Source: Eledone cirrhosa
Lineage: Eukaryota
Assembly: GCA_964016885.1 (NCBI GenBank)
Contig: OZ024743.1
Location: 107,632,001-107,696,000 of the forward strand
DNA length: 64,000 nt
Direction: 5' to 3'
Below the pieces are notes generated by a model, which had not been told where the DNA came from, searched no databases, and saw only the letters and a list, made by a program, of their open reading frames with translations. This document shows positions 25,237 through 38,414 of the stretch, in pieces; position 1 is the stretch's first letter, and each line of letters opens with the position of its first letter. A program made the translations under genes and the position numbers.

Positions 25237-25650
25237 ATATATAGTTTTTATATATATATATATATATAATAATAATGGAGCTGCGGCGCTGCAAATGGGT
25301 TACATATGAAAAAGTTTGCCCTCATCAGTGGCCATCCAACCGTGGTAGGCATTTCGTCGCATTAAAAGCCATATACCTCAGGTTGGTGCGAGCAACGTCT
25401 AAAAAAAAGTCGTTGGGACACGTAAATAAGGGGGACGCTAGGGTAAACAAACAAAATGGTTTAAGCAGCAGAAAGAGAGGAAGAAGGAAGTCCCAGATTT
25501 CTATGAATATAAATTCGGTGGAATCGTGAACGAGAGAATAAAGACCATCATATATATATATACATACACACACAGACATATATATATATATATAAATATA
25601 GATATAGATATACACACATATATATATATATATTTTATATATATATATAG

Positions 25651-25741
<91 letters not shown>

Positions 25742-25744
<3 letters not shown>

Positions 25745-25890
25745 TTATCCCGTGTTCAATCGGGGGTAACCACAGTAAGTAAGGTCCTCAATGCAAAGCA
25801 GAGTATAATTGTTTAATATAGAAAAGCTTCTACAGGACTAGAACTGTTTTATTCGTGAGAATTCATCAGGAAGCTGACTGTCTAAGTCAT
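25742..25890 (-). mobile_element. Family D mini element with hammerhead motif (25825-25875)
   Basis: Minus strand: AGCTTC-CTGATGA-ATTC-tcac-GAAT-aAAA-CAG-ttctagtc-CTG-TA-GAAGCT, with G12 mutated to A. Tail homologous to 14900-14965. Confidence 0.75.
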
Positions 25891-25901
25891 ATATATATAT
25901 A

Positions 25902-27010
25902 CTAGCATTAAAGCCCGGCGTTGCTCGGGGTCAGTAAGTTACCAAACTTAGGTTGTACCACCCATTTTATGGCAGCACTTTTTTGTCTGCCAGGCAGTGT
26001 GTGAATGCATTGCAGACCTGGACTGCCGAAGCAGGAGCTGCGATGGCAGTGACAATTGTAGTTTCGCCTATGGATATTATCTATGTGCAAAGAAGTGTTG
26101 AAATGTATTATTTCACAGTACTTCCACAACATGGGCGGAGACGATGCCAGCCGAACAACAGGGCTGCGATGGAGTTGTTCTGCATGGTTGTCTAATGTGT
26201 GTTTTCTAAATTTAAGACAGTAGGGAGGGGTGTGATATGGGGAAGAGTTAGCTGCTGTTTCTAGCAGGTTTAGTGACCTCATAGAGGATATGTTTTCTAA
26301 ATTTAAGACAGTAGGGAGTGGTGTGATATGGGGGAGAGTTAGCTGCTGTTTCTAGCAGGTTTAGTGACATCATAGAGTATATTATTGTGTATAGTAAATA
26401 AACTGATACTTCTTTCTTCCACGTTCGTTGAGAGGTTTTAAAAAAGATTTATCGCTATTTTTTCTGTTGTTGCATAAAATTATCTGTTGCTGTTGAATAA
26501 TTGTTGTTTCGTATGAAATGTAATAAGTTCTCTTAGTCATTGAAGTAAATAAATGTTTCACCGTTCCACACTCAAAAACAAAAGTACTCTCTCCTTCTCA
26601 CTCTCTTCTCTCTCTCTCTTCGGCGTTCCTAAAGTTTGTAAGTTTAATCGTATATCAAAAGCAAACGTTCTCTCCTCCCCCCTCTCTCTCTCTCTCTCTC
26701 TCTCTTAAAGTTTGTAAGTTTAATCGTATATAAGAGAAAGTTGCAGCATGTATGTAGCTTTATCGAATTTAAGGGGAGTAGAGAGAGGTATTATGATTGT
26801 ATTAGAGGGGTAAGCGTCATGTATTTAGTTTTATCGATTACTTCCGTAATTGTGGGTGGGTTTGAATGAAATAAATAGTCGTTGACCTAAGTTAAATTAT
26901 TTACAACATTTTTCCTGACGTTGAGTCGAAGCAGTTTGAAATTGTGCAAATGTATAAACATGGAACATGCACACACATACACACAACAACAACAATCTGC
27001 CTTTTATAGA
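25902..27010 (-). mobile_element. Non-autonomous Helitron
   Basis: Minus strand starts A|TCTATAAAAGG and ends CCCGAGC-aac-GCCGGG hairpin...CTAG|T. Microsatellite near the 5' end. Internal ~90 bp tandem duplication at 26200-26380. Confidence 0.8.
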
Positions 27011-27050
<40 letters not shown>

Positions 27051-27367
27051 AAATGAGTCAGGAACCCAATGGTCTATATATATCTATATATTTATATATA
27101 TATATATATAAATATATAAATATCAAAAAGCGCGCTAGCAGTCGAAGTGTATGATAGAGTTATATCTGTATATATATATATATACGGAACGTGTAACCGA
27201 GATAGAACAATGTACTAATATATTCACATATCTAATATGTAGGCATGTAAATATGCCAGAAATTTATATGCAAATTACTACGTCCATTTCAGTACTAAGA
27301 ACGAATGTGTAAATATACTCATCATATACATGTTTCATTGTGGTTTATTGGATATTATATATATAAG

Positions 27368-27460
27368 CTTTGCCTTTCATCCACACGGTGTCGATAAAAT
27401 AAAGTACCAGTAATGCACTGGTTAATTGCTGGCCTTGTGCCAAGAAGAAGAAACAATTAT
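27368..27460 (+). mobile_element. 5'-truncated Meta-domain SINE
   Basis: Conserved body and tail. Confidence 0.8.
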
Positions 27461-27655
27461 ATATATAAGCCTTCAGATGAGCGACCAATTAGATAAAAAA
27501 AACGAGTGAAGATGTTTATCAATTTTTAATTTACTGGGGAATTCGTAGTTTCTGTCATATTTACATGACTATATATTACATATATGTGTATATTTATAAA
27601 CGTTGGTGCAGTCTCAGTCAGTTGGATACACACTGTATTTATACAGATATGAATT

Positions 27656-27711
<56 letters not shown>

Positions 27712-27900
27712 TCTTTCTTCAGTTGGCACAAGGTCAGCAATTATTCCAGTGCATTACTTGTACTTTATTTTATCGACCCCGTAAGGATGAAAGGAAAAGT
27801 TAACCTCGGCAGAATTTGAACTCAGACCGTTAAGAGGCGAAACTCTATACTACAAAGCACGGCATCCGTCCTTCTACCGATGCTGCCAATCCACCGCCCA
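27712..27900 (-). mobile_element. Meta-domain SINE, full length
   Basis: Head, body and tail present. Flanking direct repeat TATATTATAATT. Confidence 0.85.
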
Positions 27901-27957
27901 TATATATTATAATTGCTCCATGGATTTGGTCTATTATATTCCTTTGTTAAATTTCTA

Positions 27958-28015
27958 ATACCTGATGATGTCACCGGATTCATACTGAACCCGGTCACTG
28001 AAATGATCATAGTAT
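27958..28015 (+). ncRNA. Type I hammerhead ribozyme motif, intact core
   Basis: ATAC-CTGATGA-tgtc-ACCGG-aTTC-atact-GAAc-CCGGT-cact-GAAA-T-GATC-A-TA-GTAT, immediately followed by AATAAA (28016-28021). Palindromic ATGATCAT forms stem/loop III. Confidence 0.75.
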
Positions 28016-28203
28016 AATAAATCTTTTAAGTAATTACACCAGTCCAGCCTCCTATTATTTTATAATAATTAACTCTGTACTCGCACCACCAACACAAACG
28101 AAGACGGGTAGTTGCATTTCGTCGAGTGCTCTCCCTAATATTCCATCGAGGTTCACTCTACAAGATTACCAGTTCTATCCAGTGGTGAACCAAGAAGCCT
28201 AAA

Positions 28204-28241
<38 letters not shown>

Positions 28242-28485
28242 TATGCGTGTGTGTGTATATAGATACATGTATAAATAATTATAGATACATACATGTAGCT
28301 ATATGCCATTAAACGTATAGTACACAAGCTCATATGTTGAGATTTGAATTCATTCATTTAGTAATAAGTTTGAACATGTTTATCTGTAAATTTGTTGCGT
28401 AAATACACATGTGCATATGCACTAATATTCGATCAACGTACATCACACACACACTACACACTCTCTCACACACACACACACTCAT

Positions 28486-28539
<54 letters not shown>

Positions 28540-28659
28540 ATAGAGTTTCGATCAATATCCAATGATTTCGATCTCGTTGTTTACCTTATATTACACAAAT
28601 TCCTTTTAAGCAAAGATATAGGTCCAACTATAAGCACGTATATGTATTTTTTCCTCCCC

Positions 28660-28853
28660 AATTTTCTTTTTCACTTTCTCCGTTCCTTCACCACTCTTTA
28701 CTTTCTATCTATCTTCCATTTCTAACTCTATCTTCTGAGGAAGGACTAGTATCCGAAACGTTCAGTTTTTCTCCCTGCTATTTTAAGCGGTAACCTAATA
28801 TTTCTGTATTGTGACATTTGTTTTGTTATTTTTGCTATTATTTTACATACATA
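28660..28853 (+). mobile_element. Family E mini element with minimal hammerhead (28731-28766)
   Basis: TCTT-CTGAGGA-A-GGA-ctagta-TCC-GAAA-CGTT-cagt. Core intact, stem I imperfect. 3' tail ends at TA tract. Confidence 0.7.
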
Positions 28854-28925
28854 TATTATTTTACATACGTATATATATATATATATATATATATACCTAT
28901 AAATAATAATAATAATAATAATAAT

Positions 28926-29392
28926 CGGTGATAGAAAACGATCAGGTGAAGGTGCTGTGGGATTTTAGGATACAGACGGACAAGAAACTGGAACACAATA
29001 GACCTGACCTGGCGGTTGTGGACAAAGAAAAAAGAACGTGCCTGATTGTGGATGTGGCCTGCCCATTCGACACGAGAGTGCAAGAGAAGGAGAGGGAGAA
29101 AATTAACCGATACCAGGACTTAGAGTGGGAGGTAAAAAGGATTTGGAACTGCCATGAAGTCAAAGTGGTCCCGATTGTCATAGGCGCACTAGGTACTATC
29201 TCAAAAAGTTTCCAGGGATGGTTAAAGAAATTTGGCCCCGCCACGCTTTTTGGAACGCTTCAAAAGGCATACTTGCTGGGAACAGCAATAACCCTCCGAT
29301 ACGTCCTGAATATTTGAGGCTGCAGGTAGTGGCTTGATATTCATTTCAACAAACTTTCCAGTTAACTAACATCAATGACTGAGACTCAAAGA
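28926..29392 (+). mobile_element. 5'-truncated R4/Dong-clade LINE (RLE domain plus 3' UTR) in (TAA)n
   Basis: ORF 28928-29317: VLWDFRIQTDKKLEHNRPDLAVVDK...VDVACPFD...EKINRYQDL...VPIVIGALG, a PD-(D/E)xK restriction-like endonuclease. (AAT)n on both sides, the known Dong target. Confidence 0.9.
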
Positions 29393-29403
29393 ATAATAAT
29401 AAT

Positions 29404-29510
29404 AATTGTTTCTACTATTGGCACAAGGCCAGCAAATACCCAGTACATTACTGGTACTTTATTTTATCGACCCCGTAAGGATGAAAGACAAAGTTAACCT
29501 CGGTGGGATT
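29404..29510 (-). mobile_element. 5'-truncated Meta-domain SINE abutting the Tx1 3' end
   Basis: Conserved body, truncated within the B box. Confidence 0.85.
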
Positions 29511-29764
29511 GCTTTTATTTATTGGCCACAACGGCCGACATATATGGGACAATACAAAATATTGGGACAGTGGGGTTTTACAGAAAAATCGAGTAAACAA
29601 TATGAATAACTATAACAAAGTAACAAGAAAAATATAACAAGAAAAATTACCCAATAGGAGGGATGACCACCCAGGGTTCGTTCAGGTACCCCACCAATCC
29701 TGAACGGCCCGACGCTTCGAGAGCGCCCTGGAAGGGCACTCCTCTCCTTCTCAAATTTACCCAC

Positions 29765-32700
29765 CTACAGTCGCATGACCAGAGTAGGCCCACTCACACG
29801 GGCCATTCTCGCTACATTCACCCATCTTTCAGCAAATGTACTGGCGGGCAGCACTTCTCTCTCCACCCTCACCTTCCATTCCAAGTGAAACTTGAAAAAG
29901 TTGATGAGGGATTGGCCGAAGAGAAAAGTGCCTGTCTTCAGTCCTTTCAACCTCGTCCACCATACAACCTCTTTCGCTACTGCCACCAGAACAGGAAAAT
30001 TGCCTGCACTTCCTGGCCAAAAGAAGGCGGCGGGTCAATCTTCACTATGGACTCGGCCGATAGCCGGATCCGTTCTAGACGCGACAACAGCTGTTCGACA
30101 TAACTCCACAAGTCAGTAATGCACGGACACTGGACGAGTGCGTGCAAAACGGATTCATAGCTCTGCGCGCATCTCAGGCAAGTCCGTCTGACAGCACTTC
30201 CGTGCCTGTAGAGTTTATCTCGAACCGGCAGTGCCCCCCTATTAACACTGCCAAGCGAGGGATTTTTTGAAATTATCCATCGTCCCCGACTCGAAAGTCC
30301 TCCGGAACAGACTGGTTAGTTCGACTTCGTCGACTCCCAGAGCGTCTCCGAGTGCGTCGTCGCACTTGCCCACCACTAACCCTCTATAGAACTCGAGAGT
30401 GGAAGTTCCACTGACCGCATTGCTCGCCTGGTACAGGGCAGTGAGTGCCTGGCAATATTCCAGATGCCAGTCTTCCAGGCTCGGACTCCTCTTGACCCAG
30501 GACTGCAGCTCCTATCAAAGAAACGAGCTGCGGAAAGGCTCGTCGAACAAAGGGCGACCACGCCTGTTCACCGTTTAGGCAGAATATCTGGAGATGCCGC
30601 AGCCTCAGAGTGTGTCTGCGCATCATTAGCCACGGCATGCCCAGCACTCAACGTAGAGGGTGCTAGCAGCAGATGGATCGCCTAACCAGCGGAACCTCAC
30701 CCCCTCCACAAGAATTTGAAGAGGAGCCGGTCCAAGATGGCGAGGCGCGAACGGGGGCAAGGGACGACAGTCAGACGGTAGTAGATGACGGACGCGATGT
30801 ACGCGTTCGCCACCTGCGCCCGACCTTTCAGTGATAGCTTCCTCCCAACCTATTTCTGGGTGAGACTGGCTACCCTGCCCGTCACCTCGTCTCAATTCTT
30901 ATCCACCTGGAGGTCTGGCTCGAACAAAAAGCCCCGGGCAACTTTACCGGTCCGTCCGTCCAGAGCCTAACGACGCAGTTGGACGGCATGGACTTGCCTC
31001 TCCAGGTGCCGAGTTGCAAGCCCACCGACTTTTCCGGGTTACGTTTTGCTCTCGTCAACCTTTCATATTCCTCCAATAAGTTGCCGACCACCTCGATTTC
31101 TGAGGTGTCCGACACCACCACGGTGATGTCGTCCGCATAAGCCGACACAGCCTTTCCGTGTCCCGGTTCTAGCGGGATGACCTGCAACAGCTCCAGCTTC
31201 CTCAGTAAAGGCTCGAGAGTCAATACGTACAGAAAGGAGGAGAGAGGGCACCCTTGTCGGACCGATCGGGGAGACCTGAAACGGTTCCGAGAGTTGGCCA
31301 TTAATTTTGACCATCGAGCAGGTACCGCTGTGCATCGCAGCGATCCAGCTTCTGAAGACGGTGCCAAAGCCAGCCGACTTGAGGACAGCCTCCAGGTACC
31401 GATGGTCGACCATATCGAATGCTTTCGATTGATCTAAATTGATCAGAGCCCCACCGCAGCCTGGTTTAAACCCTACCCTATCTATGATGTATCGCATTAG
31501 GTGGAGGTTGTCGTGTATGGACCTGGTTGGGATTGCGCAAGTTTGCGCCTCCCCAACCAAATCCCCGACGACAAGCGCCAACCTCTTCGCTAATACCCTG
31601 GCCAAAATCTTAAGCTCTGTGTTGAGCAGAGTTATGGGCCTGAAATTGTCTAATGTGTCCCTCTTGTTCTCGTCTTTCCTTATCAGCGTCACTACGCCCC
31701 GGCTCACAGAACTGGGAATACTCCCGTTTTGCTGTCAGTTGCTGTAGAGGGCTTCGAGTAGATTGGAGAACAAGTTTGGCATATTTACGTAAAGTTCGTA
31801 GGGCAGACCAACCAAACCGGGTGACTTGCGCCTCATGCAGCCGATAAGTGCATCCTGAATCTCGGCTGAAGTAATTGGCCTTTCGCAGTGCCCAGCGTCA
31901 GCCGTCGTGAGGTGCTGCAAGCCATCGGGGCAGGGACTGAAGTCTGCCACCATCTCTGACCCGCCACATCCCCCGAACAACCGAGCAAAATGTTAGCGAA
32001 CGGCCTCACACATCCGTTTGGAATCGCTCACCTCTTGCCCGTCTCGGTCCGTCAAAGAACGAATCGTGGTTTTATTACCACGCTGCGCCTCTGCCACGCG
32101 GGCACATCGAACAGCTTTGGCTCCCTCGCTTCTCAGAGCACGCGCCTTGGCTCTGACAATGCAACCTTCGTGTTTCGCATTGAAGAAATGGTCTAATGCC
32201 ATTCTCACCGCTAGCACATCAGTTGCAATGCCACTATCAATAGCCTCGTCTAACTTATCTACCAACTCCTCCTCCTTTCTATTTTTTTTCTAATGCTACT
32301 TCTTTGCTAAACTCTATCGACATTACTCTAATCTCTCTTTTGAGAGCCCCCCCACCATCTATTTTGTTGACGATTCCCCTGTCAACTTTTTCTTAACTAA
32401 ATTGTTGACCTTCGTCCCTGTAAGCTTTACGTGCCGGAAATGACATGTTTAGCTTCCAGTAACCAGGTCCTAACCTACGCGTCTTATCTAGGTCGACCAT
32501 ACAGATCACAAACTTGTGATTTGAATAGGCGACCGTTTCAAAACGTGGACAGCTTACACTATTTCTGTCTATTTTCCTAATGAATATCCTGTCTATATAC
32601 GATCTAGATGACCCTATGCGGTTAGCCCTGGTCCACACTGGGCATTCTGGAAATCTTGTCGGTACCTCTCAGACAGTTGGAACTGGCTGATCAGGTTCTT

Positions 32701-33191
32701 GGGCTTTTGCACCCTCCGCTCCTATCTGATACTCCCACACAGTCCCAGCGTGCGTCTAAGATGCCGTTCCAGTCCCCGCTAACAGTAAAGTGCGAGACGT
32801 ACCCAGAAAGGCTTCCAGGCGTCCAAAGAAGTCCGGCTGTCCTGCCCCAGTAGGAGCATAGACAGCCACCAGTCTAAATGCACCACCTTCATTATTGTTC
32901 ACGTCCAGGACCACCAACTTCCCGTCCGGCGCCCGGAAGATCGACCATACCTCGAGATCCAGGCCTTTCCTAAACAGCACTGCCACCCCGCCTCCCATTC
33001 CCGGCCTGCTAACATGCAAAGATCTGATAGTCGTCGAAAATGGGGGCTAGTGCGCGCCTGTCGGAAATCCTGGTCTCGCTGACTGCAATTACATCCATTT
33101 CTATAGACCTGAGGTCGTTGAGCAGGTGACCCTGCTTCCAGGACGATCCCAGGCCTCGAACATTTAAACATCCTACTCTTAATACGGCCAT
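29765..33191 (-). pseudogene. Tx1 ORF2 (APE endonuclease, reverse transcriptase, C-terminal zinc finger), multiple frameshifts and stops
   Basis: MAVLRVGCLNVRGL..SET, VYAP, SYIDRIF, SNHK, GYWKLN, KSPG..GLP.E.Y, NFRPITLLNTELKILA, LDQSKAFD, VRQGCPLS, AYADDIT, CLRC...HALVQC. Confidence 0.92.
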
Positions 33192-33222
33192 GTTGGCAGG
33201 TTAAACAGAGAGAGAGGAAGGT

Positions 33223-35213
33223 TTACTTACCTTCCGGGCTCTTGTGAAGGTTGGGTTGTTCGACCTCCATAGTTAGTGGGGTTTCTTTTGGGAACCCCTT
33301 TAAAAGTCTTGAAGTGGGTTTTACGTTCGGGGTTCCCACGTCCCGAGGAAAGCTGTCTCGTATTTCTTTGAATATGTCGAGCGACATTCGCACCAGAACC
33401 AAATCTTCCGGCACGCGAAATGTTCTCGATTTAAAAATTTCCCCCTCTTTTTGTATATTTTCACTTCGTGCTACGAGGGCCATCAGTTCCTTGTTGGCCC
33501 TCCTGACGAGCACGAAGTTTTGTATGTTTTGTTGGTGAGATTTTATTTGTTTTCGTGGCTGTGGTGGTGATGGTTTTGGTGGTGTTGTTTCGGTTGTATT
33601 TGTGTTTGTTGTGAGTGCGGTGTCTGTGGTTTCAGTTGTTTGTGTGTATATTTGTTCTTCCGTCTGTTTCGTCTGTTTCGGTTGTTTGCGTTTGGGGGAT
33701 TCTGGTGATGGTGATGGTGGTGTTGATGTTGGTGTTATTGGAGAGATGTTTGTGTGGGTGGTGTCTGCGTTTTTTATTGTGGGTGCCTTTGTGCTTTGTT
33801 GAGTTTCTTTTTTCTTTTTGTGTTTCGTTTGTTGTATTTTGTTTGATTTTGGTTTTCCCTCATCTTCACTACTGGTAGATGAGGGGTCTGTGTCTGTAAG
33901 TGTGTCTGTGTGTGTGTTTATGGTTTTATTGGTGTGGGTATTTTGGGGGGAAGGGGAATTTGACAGCTTTCCTCGTTTCCCCCCTATGTGGTCAATGTTG
34001 GTGGTGGTCTTTCTATTGGTGTTGTTGTTGGTGGTTTTGCCGGTGCTGGTGTTGGTTGTGGTCCTCGCCCCGGCGTCGGCAGCAGTGGAGCCTTTCGACC
34101 CCTTGCATCTTTCAGCAGTTGAGGGGAGAAGGCTCGAAAATGGTTCTTTTCCCAACAAACCAAACAATGCGCCCTTTTGCCTTCGGTCATAATATGAATG
34201 ATCGTCCCATTCTGAAGGCGGATGTGGTCCGGGATTGTCTTCACATTCTCGGGCCTGATCTGGAGAGCATCTCCAGGTCAACCCCGGACCAGACCTCTCT
34301 GGCCGTGCTGGTCACTTCTATAGGGACTGTATCTGTCCCCTCCACAATCACACATCCCAGAAGCCACCACATGTCAAGTCCTGGTGGGATAATGGGAATG
34401 CGGAGACGGGCCGTTATTTTTCCCATGTGGGAGGGGTACATTATGACCTTGCTGGTTTTGCAAGGATTCATAGCGTGTTTCATAGTGAGGACTTCTGACT
34501 TGAACAGCAGAGAAATTGTGCCGTACTGTCTGCCCCTCGCTATGTATTCGGTATTTTCTCTGATGCACCTCAGCACGACTTCAACATCTGCTTGTGGGAT
34601 TAATGCTGCCCTTTTGGTTTGTGCTGAGATGCATCAATAATGCACCGTTCTGCGCTCCACTGCCTCAATAGCTTCTACCGGGACAGTTAAGTTGACCCAG
34701 GTTTGCTCTTGCTTGATGAGCTTCCATGCCAAGGCCAACTTTTCATCTTTGTTTGAGAGGTCCATGTTGAAGCCTGGCCTCTTTTTTGCTGCTGCTGCCG
34801 CAGCGAAAGTGTTCTTCTTGTTGTCGTTGGGGATGTTGTCGTTGTCGTTGTTCTTGTTGTTGTTGTTATCACTGTCGCTGTTATCATTGTTGTCATTGGT
34901 GCCACCGTTGTTCTCGGTGCAGTTGGTATTGGTGCTTTTGGTGTTGTCGCTATTTGTTTTCATGTTAGTGGTGTTGATATTGTTGTTGCATTTGTCATTT
35001 TTTTGTTGTTATCTGCATTTTCGTTGTCGCTGTTACTGTCATTTTTTTTTCAAAATTAGAGTTCTCATTGTTATAATTGGTGTCTTTGATTACATTGTTT
35101 GTGGTGGTGTTTCTGTTATCAATTTGTGTTAATTTCGCTGTAGCGCTCCTCTCAACTTCTACGTCGTTGTGGCACGACAGCAGACATATCGCTGGGGGGC
35201 GTGGCTCAGCCAT
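33223..35213 (-). pseudogene. Tx1 ORF1 (low-complexity N/T-rich, zinc-knuckle remnant), frameshifted
   Basis: Starts MAEPRPP; TFAAAA motif; HCLVCWEKNHF knuckle. Ends about 30 bp before the ORF2 ATG. Homologous tail at 53700-53910. Confidence 0.75.
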
Positions 35214-35526
35214 GTTTTTTATTTGTTTTTTTTCTCGATAATTTTTTAAAATATAAAAAATTTCAAATATTTGGGCCCAAAAGCCCAAATATTATTCTTT
35301 CCCCTTCACAGAGAAAAGTCCAAGGGCTTGTATGCAACAAAAAATTCAATAAATCAGTTTTGATAGGTAAATAAGTGAACTTACGGGAGCGAGCACAATG
35401 ATGTCCGTTCAGACTCAATAATAATAATAATAATAATAACAATGAAAATAACGAAGACGAAAATCGCGTATATATATATACGTGATTTTCGTCTTCGTTA
35501 TTATCATTCTTCTTATTATTATTACT

Positions 35527-35628
35527 CGAGGTTGACTTTGCCTTTCATCCTTACGGGGTCGATAAAATAAAGTACCAGTAATGCACTGGGTAATTGCTGG
35601 CCTTGTGCCTAAAGTAGAAACAATTATT
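35527..35628 (+). mobile_element. 5'-truncated Meta-domain SINE
   Basis: Conserved body and tail. Confidence 0.85.
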
Positions 35629-35759
35629 ACTATTATATATATATATATACATGCTAGCGTGGAAAATGGACGTTAAAAGAAGATGATGATGATGATGATA
35701 TATATATATATGTATGTATGTAAAATAATAGCAAAAATAACAAAACAAATGTCACAATT

Positions 35760-35795
<36 letters not shown>

Positions 35796-36326
35796 TGCGT
35801 ACGTGTGTCTCTATGTATGTGTGCGTACATGTGTGCGTTTGTGTATTTGTATCATTTTTACGGTATTTGCGTTGTGAATGTGTGTGTGTTTATATATATA
35901 TATGTGCATGCATAAGTGTCTGCGTGTGTGCGTGAGAGAGGTTGTGTAAGAGAGGGAAAGACCTGGGCACTATATGTTTTTCTGTGTATTTTTCTTCTGG
36001 TGAGTGGCAACGGTGAAACTTGATTTTCACGCAGTCATAGCACGGAAAAATGACGTCTTGTTAATTATTAATCATACACAATATCTGGTTGTAAATTATA
36101 AGTCTCTGGCAGATTTAGTATTTAATAGATAGTCTGAATATATAGCAGACTTAATGTATCATGACATTACTTATGTACATATATCCATCCAACCATACAT
36201 ACATGTATACATACATATATATGTAGCACCCTCTCTGTGCGTACATACATCTGTATGTACATATATATGTGTTTATGCGTGTTGATAAATGGGTTATATA
36301 TATACACACACAGACGTATATATATG

Positions 36327-36427
<101 letters not shown>

Positions 36428-36436
36428 ATATGTATA

Positions 36437-36547
<111 letters not shown>

Positions 36548-37035
36548 ATGTATATACGAGTGTGTGGTGAATGTGTAATGTGTGTGTGTATGTGTACATG
36601 TTTTGTTGGGTTTATTCATTTTGTTCCTGTATATAAGATGCTCAACATGATGCTTCAGTATAATATTCGAAAATCTTTGCCATAAATTATCACCCAATGT
36701 ATTTAATTCTGCCATTTGAAACTAATTATAGAGCGCAGTGTATGTTCAAAATTTCCCATGTTACACTTCATAATTTGTCGTGTATTTAATGTATATGTAT
36801 TTCCCTGGTTATGTCCTCTATTATATACAATGAACTTTTTTTTTTTCTTTCATATAGAAATATACTACATGTGATAAAAAACAGCAATATAACTTCACCT
36901 GCATTTATATTTTCAAATCTATAGGATATTTAAAATTCAATATGTATATTTATATATATAAATATATATATATAGTATATATAGAGACAATAAGGAATGA
37001 AGATTTTTGCATCGACGTTATTTACAAACCTGATA

Positions 37036-37214
<179 letters not shown>

Positions 37215-37216
37215 CT

Positions 37217-37523
37217 GTTATACTTTGGGAGGGTCATGTTGCCAATAAGAAACACACGCACCAGATGCTTTCACTTCAATTTATTATAGATTTTATAAAT
37301 TTTATAAATATAAATTTTATAAATTTCCGTTGGGTGGTTCCAACATCGGATGTGTGTTCACATACTTTCAATGTTTTTTCGTCACACATTCTTTTACCTC
37401 TTCAGTGACTGGGGATTTTTTTCTTTGTTTCTTATTGGCAACATGACCCTCCCAAAGTATAACAATATAGGTTTCAGCACATGTTTTCAGATAAAGAATT
37501 TTGCTAAACAAATTCAGAAACGA
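37217..37523. mobile_element. Family A fold-back mini element, copy 2, retaining the hammerhead core
   Basis: Same arms as 407-647. Minus strand has CTGAAGA (37405-37399)...~70 nt...GAAA (37327-37324)-TTTATAAA palindrome. Confidence 0.7.
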
Positions 37524-37545
37524 TATATATATATATTTATATATA

Positions 37546-38414
37546 CGATGTGTTTCAGAAAAGTTCCAGAACTGATGTCACAAAAGATTCATTTCAAACC
37601 CAAATTTCACACTAAGAGTTTTCTCCTTTAAAATAATCCCCCTGGAGTCTAATGCACTTTTGCATCCTTTTCTGCCACGCTTGCATGCACTCCAGAAAGG
37701 ATTCTTCCAGGATCCTCCGCAGTTCCGTCGTCACGGCCTTTTTGATGTAGTCCACGTCTTCAAAACGGGTCCGCTCCGGGTTGTACTCGAAGATCCACGA
37801 CTCATCACCGGTGATGACTGTCCCTAGCAAGTCTGGTTCCGGTTCAAGACGCTCCAGGATGTCCTGGCACACTAGCATGCGTCGACGCTTCTGGTCATCG
37901 TTCAGCAATTTTAGCACCATCTTCGCGCAGACTTTCCGTATGTCCTATTCTTCAGTGAGAATCTTCCTGACTGTCCCGATTGATGCCCAGCTCATTTGCC
38001 ATCAGTCTAACATTCAGCCGACGATCCTGGTTATTGAGGGCCTTCTGTTCCTGTGGTAATCTTCCACGTCCTTGCGTCTTTCTTTAAACCTCTTGCACCA
38101 CTCAAAAACACGTGAGCGTGACATCGTCTCATCTCCATACACTTGCTGCAGCAATCTTAATGCTTCTGGCGGAGTTTTCCCCAACCGTACCAGAAACTTC
38201 AAGTTTGTTCGTAGCTCTGTGCTCATTGCTTTACGACCTGAAATAGAGGACATGTATATCAAATTATAAAGAAAAAATGTGGTCGCTGCAGAGAGCTAAG
38301 ATTACAGTTACATACTCCAGGGAGATTACTTTGAAGGAGAAAACTCTTAGTGTGAAGTTTGCGTTTGAAATAAATATTTTGTGACATCAGTCCTGGAACT
38401 TTTCTGACACACCT

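Larger units (their letters stand above)
29511..35416 (-). mobile_element. Near full-length Tx1/L1-clade non-LTR retrotransposon (inactivated)
   Basis: 5' UTR begins GAGTCTGAACGGACATC next to (AAT)n. ORF1 and ORF2 remnants are present, with AATAAA at the 3' end. About 5.9 kb. Confidence 0.93.

Noticed and set aside
25310-25385. Minus-strand CTGATGA and GAAA near each other
   Set aside because: I could not build stems I-III in any hammerhead topology.
29406-29609. Recurring small ORFs MFLLLAQGQQ...DPVRMKGKV (also 38707, 41944, 50398)
   Set aside because: Antisense translation of the SINE body, not a protein family.
33900-35132. Plus-strand ORFs of 124-246 aa
   Set aside because: Antisense to low-complexity Tx1 ORF1, with no independent coding evidence.
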